Below are positions 1 to 11,865 of a DNA stretch of 64,000 nt, in pieces. The position numbers and the translations under genes were made by a program. The notes beneath the pieces were generated by a model, which had not been told where the DNA came from, made no database searches, and saw nothing but the letters and a program-made list of their open reading frames with translations. The stretch lies in assembly GCF_964194155.1 (NCBI RefSeq), contig NC_135901.1:27962001-28026000 (forward strand). The letters are read 5' to 3'. This stretch comes from Cetorhinus maximus. Its lineage: Eukaryota. Numbering within the stretch: the first letter of the stretch is position 1; each line of letters opens with the position of its first letter.

Positions 1-32
1 TCACCTCTCCCCCCACCCCAATTAGTTGGAGG

Positions 33-214
33 CCCATTTCCCAGTCAGTGCTCCAGCACCTTCCTGTCTCTCTATCAGTGCGACACCCATGGCAGTTTCC
101 TAACTGTGGTGCAGGCCCCGTTATTCTCAGCTAAATTCAGCCCTCAGCTCCGTCGCCTGGCTGCCATTGACACGAGCAATAGAGAGACAGAAAGGTGCTG
201 GAGGCTCAAATGGG
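33..214. repeat. Inverted repeat / MITE-like hairpin
   Basis: 51-75 CTCCAGCACCTTCCTGTCTCTCTAT is the reverse complement of 179-203 at 24/25 positions; outer CCCATTT (33-39) / AAATGGG (208-214). Confidence 0.6.
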
Positions 215-242
215 AAGTTGAAACTTGTGGCTCTAAATCAAA

Positions 243-1298
243 TGTTAGGATCTCTGTAAAGACTGCTAATTTCTAAAAAGAAATTCAAATTCCCAGTGAA
301 CAAATTAAGGGATCAGATGACAAGACTTCAAATTTTATCATTTTTACTGCAGCAAACAAACTAGAAGCAACATTGACAAAACACTACGTTTGTAGGCAAA
401 GTATACGTATACCTTAAACTATAAAACAGAATTCTGCCCTTTTACTTTTGACACAATTAAAAATCTTACTCCATGGTTATATTGTACTCTGTTCCTGAAG
501 TTGACACTCAATACTCCCAGAACCAGTCCAAAGTGATTCTTCGCCCCCGAGGGTTTACTTCCATTCTTTTCTTTGCCAAGTCTGGCAATTATTAATGCCA
601 GAACTGACTTTCACCATGAAGGTTCTCCAGAGGATTCTCCCTCTAACTCAAGCAAGGTGAATCTTCCAGCCTTGTTTTAAATCCTCTCAAATTTGGTCTT
701 TTCAACCTGAGCATGAAGTCCCACCCACATTGCTGCATGGTGAACCATGCAGACTTGTCACCTCTATCTGTTCCCTCCCTCTCTCCATCCTGGCAGACTG
801 ATCTGTCTTTGAAATTCAGGGATATCTTTGAAAACCTTCCAATCCAATCGTACAATGGCTTCCTAGATACTCTTTCCCTCTCAAAGCCAATTTCCATGGC
901 AACGGGAATCACATGGACCTTGTATTTAGGTAGACATGTCAATTAGCTATCCTTTAGACTCCCAACTTCATTCTTTCTTGAAACTAAATAGACAATTAAA
1001 GCATAACCGTTGACAAAATCTGAAATTTTCAACTTCTTCCTGGGATTTTGGAGACTCACAGTCCATCCACTATCAGCAGAGATACTTTTGCCATTTTCTA
1101 CAGGTGTGACCACCCTGCACCTTCTTTCCAGTAAAATAACCTGGGGCTCCCTTTAATCTTTAACAGTCAAGTCACCGGGTTTGATATCAGCGGAGTTCAG
1201 AACAGGTCACATCACACCCCTTCATTCCTCCATTTTACCCTAAAATGAAAACACAGTCTCAAAACAGAACAATCATATAAAACCTCATGTTTGTAACA
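243..1298. mobile_element. Putative solo LTR
   Basis: Bounded by TGTTA...TAACA, flanks CAAA/CAAC (3/4 match, possible 4-bp TSD), no coding potential. Confidence 0.4.
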
Positions 1299-1429
1299 CA
1301 ACACTTCAACATTTGTCAATAAATATGTTATTTATACTGGGGTTTTTATTATTAGATTTTTTAGTTGGAGGCAAAGGGTGGGGGCTTCTCAAGGGTAACT
1401 TTCCCTTCCTAACTTTGTATTGTCTATAG

Positions 1430-1655
1430 TGTCAGCCGTGGCTCAGTGGGTGGCACTCTCACCTCTGGGTCAGAAGGTTGTGGGTTCAAATCCCAGTTCA
1501 AGGAACCCAAGCACAAAAATCAAAGCCAATTTTCCAAGTGCCAGCACCGAGGGAGCTCTGCATTGTTGGAGGTGCTGTCTTATGGATAAGTTGTTAAAGG
1601 GCCCATCTGCCCTCTCGGGGGGGGGATATAAAAAGTGGCACAGCCACTATTTCCG
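1430..1655 (+). mobile_element. tRNA-derived SINE (DeuSINE/SacSINE1-like), 3'-truncated
   Basis: A-box TGGCTCAGTGG and B-box GGTTCAAATCC; homologous to fuller copies at 18112 and 25665. Confidence 0.75.
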
Positions 1656-1755
1656 CCCTCCCCCCCTTCCTTGCCAACTGTAAGGGTCAATATGCTTCGG
1701 TCCTGTCCTGGATGTGATTAACAGCAGCAATAACAGCAGAATTGAACCCCTGGAA

Positions 1756-2765
1756 TCACGTGTGAACTTGCTGGTGTCTCAGCAGATTGGATATCTGAGT
1801 GAATCCCTTTCCACACTGAGAGCAGGTGAATGGCCTCTCTCCGGTGTGAACTCGCTGGTGTCTCTGCAGGGTGGTTAACTGAGTGAATCCCTTCCCACAC
1901 TCAGAGCAGGTGAGCGGTCTTTTCCCAGTGTGAATTCGCTGGTGTGTCAGCAGATGGAATAAATCTATGAATTCCTTCCCACACTGAGAGCAGATGTATG
2001 GCCTCTCCCCGATGCGAATTCGCTGGTGTGTTCGCAGGTGGGATGACAGACTGAATCCCTTCCCACACTCAGAGCAGGTGTATGACCTCTCCCTGCTGTG
2101 AACTCGCTGGTGTGTAAGGAGGTTAGATGATTGAGTGAATCCCTTCCCACAAACAGAGCAGGTGAACAGCCTCTCCCCAGTGTGAACGCGCTGGTGCATC
2201 TGCAGGTTATATAACTGAGTGAATCCCTTACCACATTCAGAGCAGGTGAATGACCTCTCCTCAGTGTGAACTCGCTGGTGTAGCAGGAGGGTGGATGAAT
2301 TAATGAATCCCTTCTCATACTCAAAGCAGGTGAATGGCCTCTACCCAGTGTGAACTCACTGGTGTTTCAGCAGGTTTGATGACTGCGTGAATCCCTTCTC
2401 ACACTCAAAGCAGGTGAATGGCCTCTCCCCAGTGTGAACTCGCTGGTGTTTCAGCAGGTTTGATGACTGCGTGAATCCCCTCCCACACACAGAACAGGTG
2501 ATCGGCCTCTCCCCGCTGTGAATTCTTTGGTGATTCTGCTGGGTGGCTAAGTCACTGAATCCCTTCCCAAACTCAGAGCTGGTGAATGGCCTCTCCACAG
2601 CATGAACTCGCTGATGTGCCTGCAGAAGGGATAAACCACTGAATCCTTCTCACACACAGGGCAGGTGAATGGCCTCTCCCTGGTGTGAACACGCTGATGA
2701 GTTTTCAGCTCACATGGGAACCAGAATCCTTTCTCACAGTTCCCACATTTCCATGGTTTCTCCAT
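1756..2765 (-). pseudogene. C2H2 ZNF gene A, 12 finger units, disrupted
   Basis: ACCATGG start (MEKPWKCGNC) at 2765; 1-nt deletion near 2645 in finger 2; in-frame TGA at 2356-2358; remaining fingers run to the stop at 1756. Acceptor at 3109-3110. Confidence 0.85.
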
Positions 2766-3689
2766 GGTGCGGGTGTCCTTGTCCCTCTTCAGGTTCAATG
2801 ATCAGTTGAACATAGGACACGTGTACGGACTCTCCCCGCTATCAATGGTGTGATGTTTTTTTCAGGCTGTATAACTGGTTAAAGCTCTTTCCACAGTCAA
2901 ATGCACTGGAACACTCTCACTCGGGTGTGTCTGTCTAGGTATTTTTTCAGTCACACTGATGTTTAAAATCTTTTGAAGCAGACAGAACAGATAAAGATTC
3001 TTCTTTCTAGATTCAAAGGCCAATAATATTCAGATCCCAATGAATCGAGTGACTCTGTAAGATCTTCATCTGATGTTTGGTTTGAGATTTCTGTCTGTAA
3101 ATCTTCTCCTGTGAAAGGAATTTACAAAAGTCAGCACTGTCAGTACAGGATAGAAATTCAGAACTATTCTAGTTTCTATGGAATATTCTTTCCTCTCTTG
3201 TTACCCAAAAGCTGTAAATCTCCAACCCACACACTCTCCCTCCATTCTCACTCTCCTGTATCTAATATACACCCTTTCAACTGCTGAAGATGCTAATCAA
3301 TGCTGATCGACAGATCATGCTCACCATTTCCTGTCCTGGACACACAGACCTGAAAATCTTCATGCAGGCTGCTAGCCCTATATCTGTCTATATTACTGGA
3401 AAAAATTGTGTGCAATATACAGTCATGTTAGACCTGATTAGCGATATGGTGATGGGGGAGTGAGGAAGAATTTTATTCAGGCAGTGAGTGGACATGACTC
3501 ACAACAACACTAGAAACAAATTCAGAATATACAATTCTAGTTGCTATGACCCCTGTGACTGGAAATATATAAAATGGATGTTAGGTTGCGACAGTACAAA
3601 ATACAGAAATAAGAATATGTATAAGAATATATTTTATCAGAGAACCATAAATAATATACTTAATATGTACCAGAAAACAGCACTAGACA

Positions 3690-4095
3690 TATCTCTGTCC
3701 TATCTTAATTTACTGTCCCCTTAAATGTCAGTCATCTGTTGGGGAAACCACCCCTTTAATTGTGAACATTAGGAAAGAGACCATCCTTTTAGCCAGACAA
3801 ATAAATGTGTCAAGCTGAGGGAGCAAAGGATGTCAATGTCTTTAAGACAGAGAGAGAGAGACCTGGGCCAACCTTTCCAGAGTCTGCACCCTCTCTGGAT
3901 TCACTTCCTTTCCCTTCAGTTCCTGCAAGTCAACAATTTCCCCCCAGAATGAGAAAAGAAAGTGTTTTACTCACAGATGTTGGACACAGGAGGAAGTTTT
4001 AGTCTGTGTGAAACTCAGTCTTCATTCACACAAAGCCCGCGCTCTGATTGGCTGGAGGACCAGAGTCTGTCCGGTCCTCCAATTATTCCCATTGG
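3690..4095 (-). promoter_or_regulatory. Conserved ZNF 5' module of gene A (two CCAAT boxes, exon 1, GTGAGT donor at 3974, micro-exon)
   Basis: Near-identical to eight other copies, each upstream of a ZNF array; ATTGG at 4047-4051 and 4091-4095; about 20 nt deleted in intron 1. Confidence 0.75.
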
Positions 4096-4104
4096 TTAAT
4101 CCCT

Positions 4105-4490
4105 CGCATAAAGACAATTACAGGTATCTCCGGGACATAAAACGTTTCTCGGACTGCTGTTCTAGTCGCATTCTGAGATCCACACTCAGTGCCATGCACT
4201 GCCATATGAACACACTCGACCTCTCCCTCCAGCAGCACCGCCGCATCCTTTTTCAAAGCTGCACGTGCCCCAGTTTCATTTTATTCTTCGTCTCATCCGA
4301 CGCCTCAACAGGAAACTTTTTCTCTTTCTCTCAAGTGCTAAGGAACGCAAGCTCCAACAACTCATCGACACCAATACCCATCCAGGACCCTCCACCCCTG
4401 CCTGTCCCTCTGTCCCTGCCCCATCTTCCAATCCCAGCCCCGGCCGTGTATTCGCTATACCCCCTGACCTTCCCCTCTCCGATGCTAGAG
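4105..4490 (+). mobile_element. Penelope-like element, N-terminal ORF fragment
   Basis: Translates to RILRSTLSAM...FILRLIRRLN...RVFAIPPDLPLSDA, resembling the pre-RT region of fish Penelope ORFs; absent from the paralogous site near 45440. Confidence 0.6.
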
Positions 4491-4682
4491 TGAGAATGGA
4501 GGGAGAGTGTGTGGGTGACATATTGGGGAGGGCAATTGGTGAGTGTGAAACTGAACCCAGGAGTCAGCACCTTCAGGGGAGGAGAATTGGGGAAAAAGCA
4601 GGAGGGGGATAATAGGATGAATTAGTGTTAAATTAAATTGGGAGGAGGGAGTGTGTGGGGGACAGAGATTTATAGCTTGAGA

Positions 4683-5000
4683 GGCGGCTGGATAGTGACA
4701 TTGTCAGTGGACAGGTATTCCAGAGACCCAGGCAATTCTCTGGGGACCCGAGTTCGAATGCCACTATGGCAGCTGGCAAAAATTGAATTCAACAAATACC
4801 TGGAGTTTAAGGTTTGATGATGACAGTGAAACCATTGCTGATTGTTGCAAAAACCCTTCTAATTCCATCAGGAAATCTGCTGTCCTTACCCAGTCTGGCC
4901 TACATGTGACTCCAGACCCACAGCAATGCGGTTGACTCGTAAATGCCCACTGAACAAGGGCAATTTGGTATGAGCCACCCACATCCCAGAAATGACTGAG
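4683..5000 (+). mobile_element. tRNA-headed SINE-like repeat (second family)
   Basis: B-box-like GAGTTCGAATGCC; further copies at 45960-46275 (+) and 40480-40745 (-). Confidence 0.65.
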
Positions 5001-5454
5001 AAAAAGGGAGTGGGATGTTCTATGACATAACCCTGAACAACTTTATCAATTTCTGTTTCAAAATGCTCCTTGGGACCTTGACCTTGAACCCGCAATGGAC
5101 TATGTCAGAGGTAAAGGCCATACTGGGCTCAATTACATTGAAAATACAGCACAGAAACAGGACGTTTTGTTACATTTTGTTACATTGAAGGTGGTATATT
5201 AATACAGGTTATTGTTTTATTGAAGACTGCCTCTTGAACTCCCTCACTGCCCCCGAACTCCAAGACTCCTATGATGAACAGTCTGATCAACAATCTCATT
5301 CCCACAGCCCAGCCCAGCCCAACCATTCTCAGTGAAACTCCTCTCCTCAGGCTCCCTTGTGACTCTGTCCCTGCTCTCTCACTGTGCTGAGTTCAGGTGT
5401 GAACAAAGCATTTTTGTCTTCAGATTTTCACTCTGATAGGTTGAATGCATCAGG

Positions 5455-5860
5455 AGACGATGAATAGGCTGGGTCACCTCACTCTTGGAAAGACAAGGCT
5501 GAGGGCTAATGGAGGTTTTTATAATTCTGAAAGGTTTTGATAGACACAGAGAATGTTTCCACTTGGAGGAGGGAGAGCAAAACTAGAGGCCATCAACATA
5601 AGATAGTGATTGATAAATCTAATCAGGAATTCAGGAGAAACTTCTTTACCAGAGAATGGTGAGAATGTGGAACTCGCTACCACAGGGAGTGGTGGAGGTG
5701 AATATCCTGGATCCATTTAAGGGGAAGCTGGGTAAACACATGGGGGAGAAATTAACAGAAGGATTCGCTGAGAGTGAGATGAGAAAGAATAAGAGGAGGC
5801 ACAAGTGAAGTATAAACACTGACATGGATTGGGTGGGCTGAATGAACTGTTTTTGTGCTG
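5455..5860 (+). mobile_element. CR1 LINE 3' fragment, decayed
   Basis: RRNFFTQRMVRMWNSL-like terminal ORF2 motif and GGGCTGAATG tail. Confidence 0.7.
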
Positions 5861-6224
5861 TATATTCAATGTAATTGAACCTGGTATTGCCTTTAACTCT
5901 GTCATAGTCAATTCCGGGTTAAAGAGAAACAGTTTAACTCACAGAAGAACATTTCAGCTCATTGCTTCCAGCTATTGTCCAATCACTGCCTCTTGTCAGC
6001 CAGGTGTCCGAGTGAGGAGCCAAGACATTCAATTCAAATACAAACATCTCATGTGATTTATTCCAATATAACTTTGAAGAGCAGGTCTTTTGAAAATGGA
6101 CGGAAACTATTTAAATTTACTGGGCCCCAGTCATTTCCTAAAACAATTATTATTTATCAGCCAGTCTTTTTCATATTGGAGAGTCTGTTTCATCCAGCAC
6201 AACGCAGCCCACATTAATGGCAGC

Positions 6225-6435
6225 CCATCCGCCACCTTCAATACTCACTCCCTCCACCAGTGCAGTACAGTTGCTGCAGTGTGTACCATCTACAAGATGC
6301 ACTGCATTGACTCACTGAAGCTCCTTCAACATCACCTTCCAAACCCACTACTTCCACCATCTCCAATAGCAAAAGACACATGGGAACAGCATTAGTTGAG
6401 ATTCCCCTCCGAGTGGCGCATCATCCTGACTTGGG
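6225..6435 (+). mobile_element. LINE ORF2 C-terminal fragment
   Basis: HSLHQCSTVAAVCTIYKMHC...LLQHHLPNP, typical of decayed LINE 3' ends; followed by a SINE head at 6438-6515 that the paralog lacks. Confidence 0.5.
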
Positions 6436-6604
6436 AGGTGTCAGCTGTGGCTCAGTTCATAGCACCCTCGCCTTTGAATCAGAGGGTTGTGGGTTCATGT
6501 CCCACTCCAGGAAACCAAGAACTGTGATTGTACTCGAAAAGAGTTGCAATCTGTGACTGTTGATAACTCGAAAGAGTATCCTGACTTGGATCTCTGTTGC
6601 TAAG

Positions 6605-6755
6605 GAAGAGAAGCGCGAGAGGAGCCGGGAGTTGAAGGGAAGCGCGAGAGGAGCCGGGAGTTGAAGGGAAGCACGAGAGGAGTCGGGAGCTGAAGGGAAG
6701 CGCGAGAGGAGTCGGGAGTTGAAGGGAAGCGCGAGAGGAGGCGGGAGTTGAAGAG
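6605..6755 (+). repeat. 29-bp purine-rich minisatellite (~5 units)
   Basis: GAAGCGCGAGAGGAGCCGGGAGTTGAAGG repeated directly upstream of CR1 ORF1. Confidence 0.9.
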
Positions 6756-9700
6756 TCACCGGCTGCAGATCCTGGAAGCTCGGGTTTCGGAGTTGAAGCG
6801 GCGGCTGGGAACACTGGAGCATCTGCGAGGTGGAGAGTATCATGGATAGAAGGTATAGAGAGGTGGTCATACCGCAGGCTAAGAGTCCACAGGCAGAAAG
6901 GGAATGGGTGACCACCAGGCAGAGCAAGCGGACTAGGCAGGCAGTGCAGGAATCTCCTGAGGCTATTCCCCTGCAAAACAGATATACCACTTTGGATACT
7001 GTTGAGGGGAATGGCCTCTCAGGGGTAAGCAGCAACAGCCAAATTCGTTACATCACGGTTGGCTCTGTGCAGCACAGGGGAGGCGTAAAAAAAATGGGAA
7101 TGCAATAGTTATAGGGGATTCAATTGTAAGGGGAATAGATAGGCATTTCTGTGGCCACAAATGAGACTTCAGGATGGTATGTTGCCTCCCTGGTGCAAGG
7201 GTCAAGGATGTCTCAGAGCGGCTACAGGACATTCTGAAGGGGGAGGGTGAACAGCCAGTGGTCGTGGTACACATTGCTACAAATGACATAGATAAAATTC
7301 TAGAGTCCATTTAAAAGATTTAATAGCTACGCACGTGGAAAACAGTGGCAGAATCAGACAGAGTCGGCATGGATTTATGAAAGGGAAATCATGCTTGACA
7401 AATCTACTGGAATGTTTCGAGGATGTAACCAGTAGAGTTGATGAGGGGGAGCCAGTGGATGTGGTTTATGTGGACTTTCAGAAGGCTTTCGACAAAGTCC
7501 CACATAAGAGATTGGCTTGTAAAATTAAAGCGCATGTGATTGGGGGTAGTGTATTGAGATGGATAGAAAACTGGTTGGCAGACGGGAAACAAAGAGTAGG
7601 AATAAACGGGTCTTTTATGAATGGCAGGCAATGACTTGTGGGGTACTGCAGGGATCGTAGCTGAGACCCCAGTTATTCACAATATATATTAATGATTTAG
7701 ATGAGGGAATTAAATGTAATATCTCCAAATTTGCAGATGACACAAAGCTGGGTGGGAGGGTCAGCTGTGAGGAGGATGCAGGGATGCTTCAGTGTGATTT
7801 GGACAAGCTGAGTGAGTGGGCAAATGCATGGCAGATGCAGTATAATGTGAATAAATGTGAGGTTATCCATTTTGGTAGCAAAAACAGGAAGACAGATTAT
7901 TCTGAATGGCTATAAATTGAGAAAGGGGAATGTGCAACGAGACTTGGGTGGCCTTGTCCACCTGTCGTTGATGGTAAGCATGCAGATGCAGCAGGCGGTA
8001 AAGAAGGCAAATGGTATGTTGGCTTTCATAGCCAGAGGATTCGAGTACAGGAACAGGGATGTCTTGCTGCAATTATATAGGATCTTGGTGAGACCGCACC
8101 TGGAATATTGTGTGCAGTTTTTGTCTCCTTATCTGAGGACGGGTGTACTTGCTATAGAGGGAGTGCAGCAAAGGTTTACCCGACTGATTCCTGGGATGGC
8201 GGGACTGACATATGAGGAGAGATTGAGTCGATTAGGATTATATTAGCTGGAGTTCAGAAGAATATGGGGGGATCTCATAGAAACCCATAAAATTCGAACA
8301 GGACTAGACAGGATAGTTGCAGGAAGGATGTTCCCGATGGTGGGGGAATCCAGAACCAGGGGTCACAGTCTGAGGATATGGAGTAGACCATTTAGGACTG
8401 AGATGAGGAGAAATTTCTTCACCCGGAGAGTGGTAAGCCTGTGGAATTCATTACCACAGAAAGAAGTTGAGACCAAAACATGTTTTTAAGGAGTTAGATA
8501 TAGCTCTTGGGGCGAAAGGGATCAAAGGGTCTTGGGAGAAAGCAGGGGCAGGCTATTGAGTTGAATGATCAGTCATAGTCATAGTGAATGATGGAGCGGG
8601 CTCGAGGGGCTAAATGGCCTTCTCCTGCTCCTAGTTTCTAAGTAAAAAAGGGATGAGGTCCTCAAAGCAGACTATAGGGAGTTAGGAAGTAAGTTGAAAA
8701 GTCGGACCTCAAAGGTAGTGATCTCAGGATTACTACCAGTGCCACGTGCTAGTCAGAGTAGAAATAGCAGGATATATCGAATGAATTCGTGACTGAAGAG
8801 ATGGTGCGAGGGGGAGGGTTTCAGATTCCTGGGACATTGGGACCGGTTCTGGGCAATGTGGGACCAGTACAAACTGGACGGGTTACACCTGGGCAGGACC
8901 GGGACTGGTGTCCTGGGGGGAACGTTTGCCAGCGTGGCTTGGGAGGGTTTAAGCTAAAATGGCAGGGGGATGGGAACCTATGTAAGGAGTCAGAGGGGGG
9001 GAAATCAAGGACATGAACAAAAGACAGAAAGGAGAATTAGAAAAGTGATAGGCAGAGAAATCAAGGGCAAGAATCAAATAGGGCCTCAGTGAAAAATAGT
9101 GGGAATGGGACAAGTAATGTTAAAAAGACAAGCCTTAAAAAGATAAGGCTTTGTGCCTTAATGCAAGGAGCATTTGCAATAAAGTGGATGAATTAAACAC
9201 ACAAATAGATGTAAACAGGTATGATATAGTCGGGATTACGGAAACATGGATGCAGGGTGACCAGGGATGGGTACTGAACACCCAGTGGTATTCGGTATTT
9301 AGGAAGGACAGACAAAAAGGAAAAGGCAGTGGAGTTGCATTGCTGGTTAAAGAGGAAATTAACGAATAGTGAGGAAAGATATTAGCTCCGATGATGTGGA
9401 ATCTGTTTGGGTAAAGCTGAGAAACACTAAGGGGCAAAAAACGTTAGTTGGGGTTGTATATAAACCACCAAACTATAGTGGTGATGTTGGGAATGGCATT
9501 AAACAGGAAATTAGAGATGCATGTAATAAAGGAACATCTGTAATTATGGGTAGCTTTAATCTGCATATAGATTGGGCAAATCAAATTAGTAACAATACCA
9601 TAGAGGAAGAATTCCTGGAGTGTATACGGGATGGTTTTCTGGGCCAATACATTGAGGAACCAACGAGAGAACAGGCTAACCTGGACTAGGTATTTTGTAA

Positions 9701-9890
9701 TGAGAAAGGAATAATTGGCAATCTTGGTGTGCGAGGCTCCTTGGGGATGAGTGACCATAATGTGATAGAATTCTTCATCAAGATGGAGAGTGATGTAGTT
9801 GATTCTGAGACTAGGGTCCTGAATCTTAATAAAGGAAACCACAATGGTATGAGGCGCAAGTTGGCTATGATGGATTGGGAAACGTTAAAT
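6756..9890 (+). mobile_element. CR1 LINE 5' part: ORF1 (coiled-coil plus SGNH/GDSL esterase) and ORF2 AP endonuclease, interrupted by a nested insertion
   Basis: NAIVIGDSIVRGID...CCLPGARVKDV...VVVHIATND, resuming at 8641 with DEVLKADYRELG...VVISGLLPVP; EN motifs CLNARSI, GITETW, GSFNLH. Confidence 0.85.
7294..8640 (+). mobile_element. 5'-truncated CR1 (RT domain plus 3' tail) nested in ORF1 of the host CR1
   Basis: HGFMKGKSCLTNLL, DFQKAFDKVPH, KFADDTK, VRPHLEYCVQF and tail CCTTCTCCTGCTCCTAGTTTCT. Confidence 0.85.
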
Positions 9891-10099
9891 GGATGAGCTC
9901 AGTCAGTCTCATACTCTCGCCTCTGAGTCTGAAGGTTATGGGTTCAAATCCCCACTCCAGAGACTCGAGTCCCCCATAATCCAGGGATGGCACTCTTTCA
10001 GTCTTCAGCTGCCAGGTTCCTAAACTCTGGAATTCCCTCCCTTAACCCCTCCACTTCTCTCTCCTTCTTTTAGACTCTGCTTAAAACCTACTTTTTCTT

Positions 10100-10530
10100 C
10101 TCTCACATCAAGGTCTCGATAAACTGTGTCCCCAAAACAAAGCTGATTTATTTGACATTTACCCAGAATATTAACCTCCAGCCCAGTTACAGGGGTTATT
10201 AAAATCAACAGAAACAAATACCAACTGTCAGAATGAACATGGTTCAGTCCTGGCTGTGATTAGCAGCAGCAATAACAGCAGAATCCAGCCCTTGGAGTGA
10301 ACAATGGACTCACTGGTGTGTCAGGAGCTGGGATGAGAGAGTGAATCCGTCCCACACTTGGAACATTTAATCAGCCTCTCGCCAGCCTGAACCCACTGCT
10401 GGGCCAGTAGACTGGATGACTGAGTGACTCCATTCCCACATACGGAGCAGGTGAACGACCTCTCCGCGGTGTGAGCTCACACATATGTAATCGAGCTGGA
10501 TGAGGAAGTGAATCCCTTTCTTTCTCCTAC
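10100..10530 (-). pseudogene. Decayed ZNF remnant B (2-3 eroded fingers plus family 3' UTR), divergent partner of gene C
   Basis: [29 protein letters not shown]; family 3'-UTR block at 10225-10290; homologs at 51640-52075 and 63265-63665. Confidence 0.7.
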
Positions 10531-10669
10531 AATCTGACCCACATCGTCATGACCTGCACCATGGGTAGGTCAAGGAGGCAGATCCAGAATCCACCCCAGC
10601 CTGAATGTGGATCGAGCCCCGTGCTCTTGGCACCAATCTGATCCGCACCCACCATCCAGGTGATTGAGC

Positions 10670-10771
10670 CGACTAGCCCCCATCCCCCACAAGGAATGTG
10701 AGTCGACCAGCCCCCATCCCCCACAAGGGATGTGAGTCGACCAGTCCCCATCCCCCACAAGGGATGTGAGT
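10670..10771 (+). repeat. 34-bp tandem repeat x3
   Basis: CGACCAGCCCCCATCCCCCACAAGGGATGTGAGT; single copy in the paralog near 52213. Confidence 0.85.
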
Positions 10772-11237
10772 TGCTATGGCAACATACACGGTTACACACT
10801 ATGGATAGTGATGGTCACAGCTCCAATTTCTTTCCACCATGTGGCTGAACAGAAATCTCTCCCAATCTTACAGCCTACCATTGGTGTGTGTTTGAAGGCT
10901 TTACAAGTTGATGCTAAACCTATTTGGCTGCATCATGAAGACACTTTCCTCGACCATCAAGTCCTGTACTGGAACTTGAACCGGTAGCTTCAGACTCAGA
11001 GGACACTATCCACTGCTCCACAAGACCTGCTCCGTTACCCAGGAGTTTGGAGACTGGGCTCAAGATGAGTAATGGCAGCCGCAGCTCCCACAATCCCGCG
11101 CGCTGAGGAAACCGCTCTCTGCGCCGTGCGGACGGGTGACCCGCGACTGCGCATGTCTGAGGGAGAGGGGAAGGTACGCATGTGCGGGAGGGAGCCCGTC
11201 CCTTTCCTTCAGGCCAGGAGTTGGCCAATCCGCAGTA

Positions 11238-11427
11238 GCTTTTTGTTTTTATATCTGGGTTCACCCCCCACCCCCTTCCCACCTTAAACCAGCTTATATT
11301 TCACCCCTCTCCTAATATTACTCAGTTCTGTTGAAGGGTCATGAGGACTCGAAACGTCAACTCTTTTCTTCTCCGCCGATGCTGCCAGACCTGCTGAGTT
11401 TTTCCAGGTAATTCTGTTTTTGTTTTA
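11238..11427 (+). mobile_element. Penelope terminal-repeat fragment inside the gene C promoter
   Basis: Reverse complement of the tails of the GIY-YIG-bearing copies at 21545 and 32286; absent from paralog near 52980. Confidence 0.8.
11324..11362 (+). ncRNA. Minimal type I hammerhead-ribozyme-like motif (variant core CUGUUGA)
   Basis: AGTT-CTGTTGA-A-GGGTC-ATGAG-GACTC-GAAAC-GTC-AACT: stem I, stem II, GAAA box, palindromic ACGT stem III, GUC site. Confidence 0.6.
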
Positions 11428-11865
11428 GCCAATGGGATTCATTGGAGGACCGGAAGGACTCTGCTCCTCCAGACAATCAAAGCGCAGGATTTGTTTGAAT
11501 GACGATTGAGCTTCACTCGGACGAAAACTTCCTCCTGTGTCCAACATCTGTGAGTAAAACACTTTCTTTTCTCCCCCTTTCCATTTCTTTTCTCATTCTG
11601 GGGGGAAATTGTTGACTTGCAGGAACTGAAGGGAAAGGAAGTGAATCCAGGGAGGGTGCAGACTCTGGAAAGGTTGGCCCAGGTCTCTCTCTCTCTCTCT
11701 CTTAAAGACATTGGCATCCTTTGCTCCCTCAGCTTGACACATTTATTTGTCTGGCTAAAAGGATGGTCTCTTTCTGAATGTTCACAATTAAAGGGGTGAT
11801 TTCCCCAGGATATGGCTGACATTTAAGGGGACAGGAAATTAATATAGGACAGAGATATGTCTGGT
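11428..11865 (+). promoter_or_regulatory. Conserved ZNF 5' module of gene C (exon 1 ends 11549; micro-exon 11623-11672)
   Basis: TCT|GTGAGT donor, 73-nt pyrimidine-rich intron, TTGCAG| acceptor, AAG|GTTGG donor. Confidence 0.75.

Noticed and set aside
1430-1500. tRNA gene
   Set aside because: A/B boxes continue into a SINE body and no acceptor stem is present.
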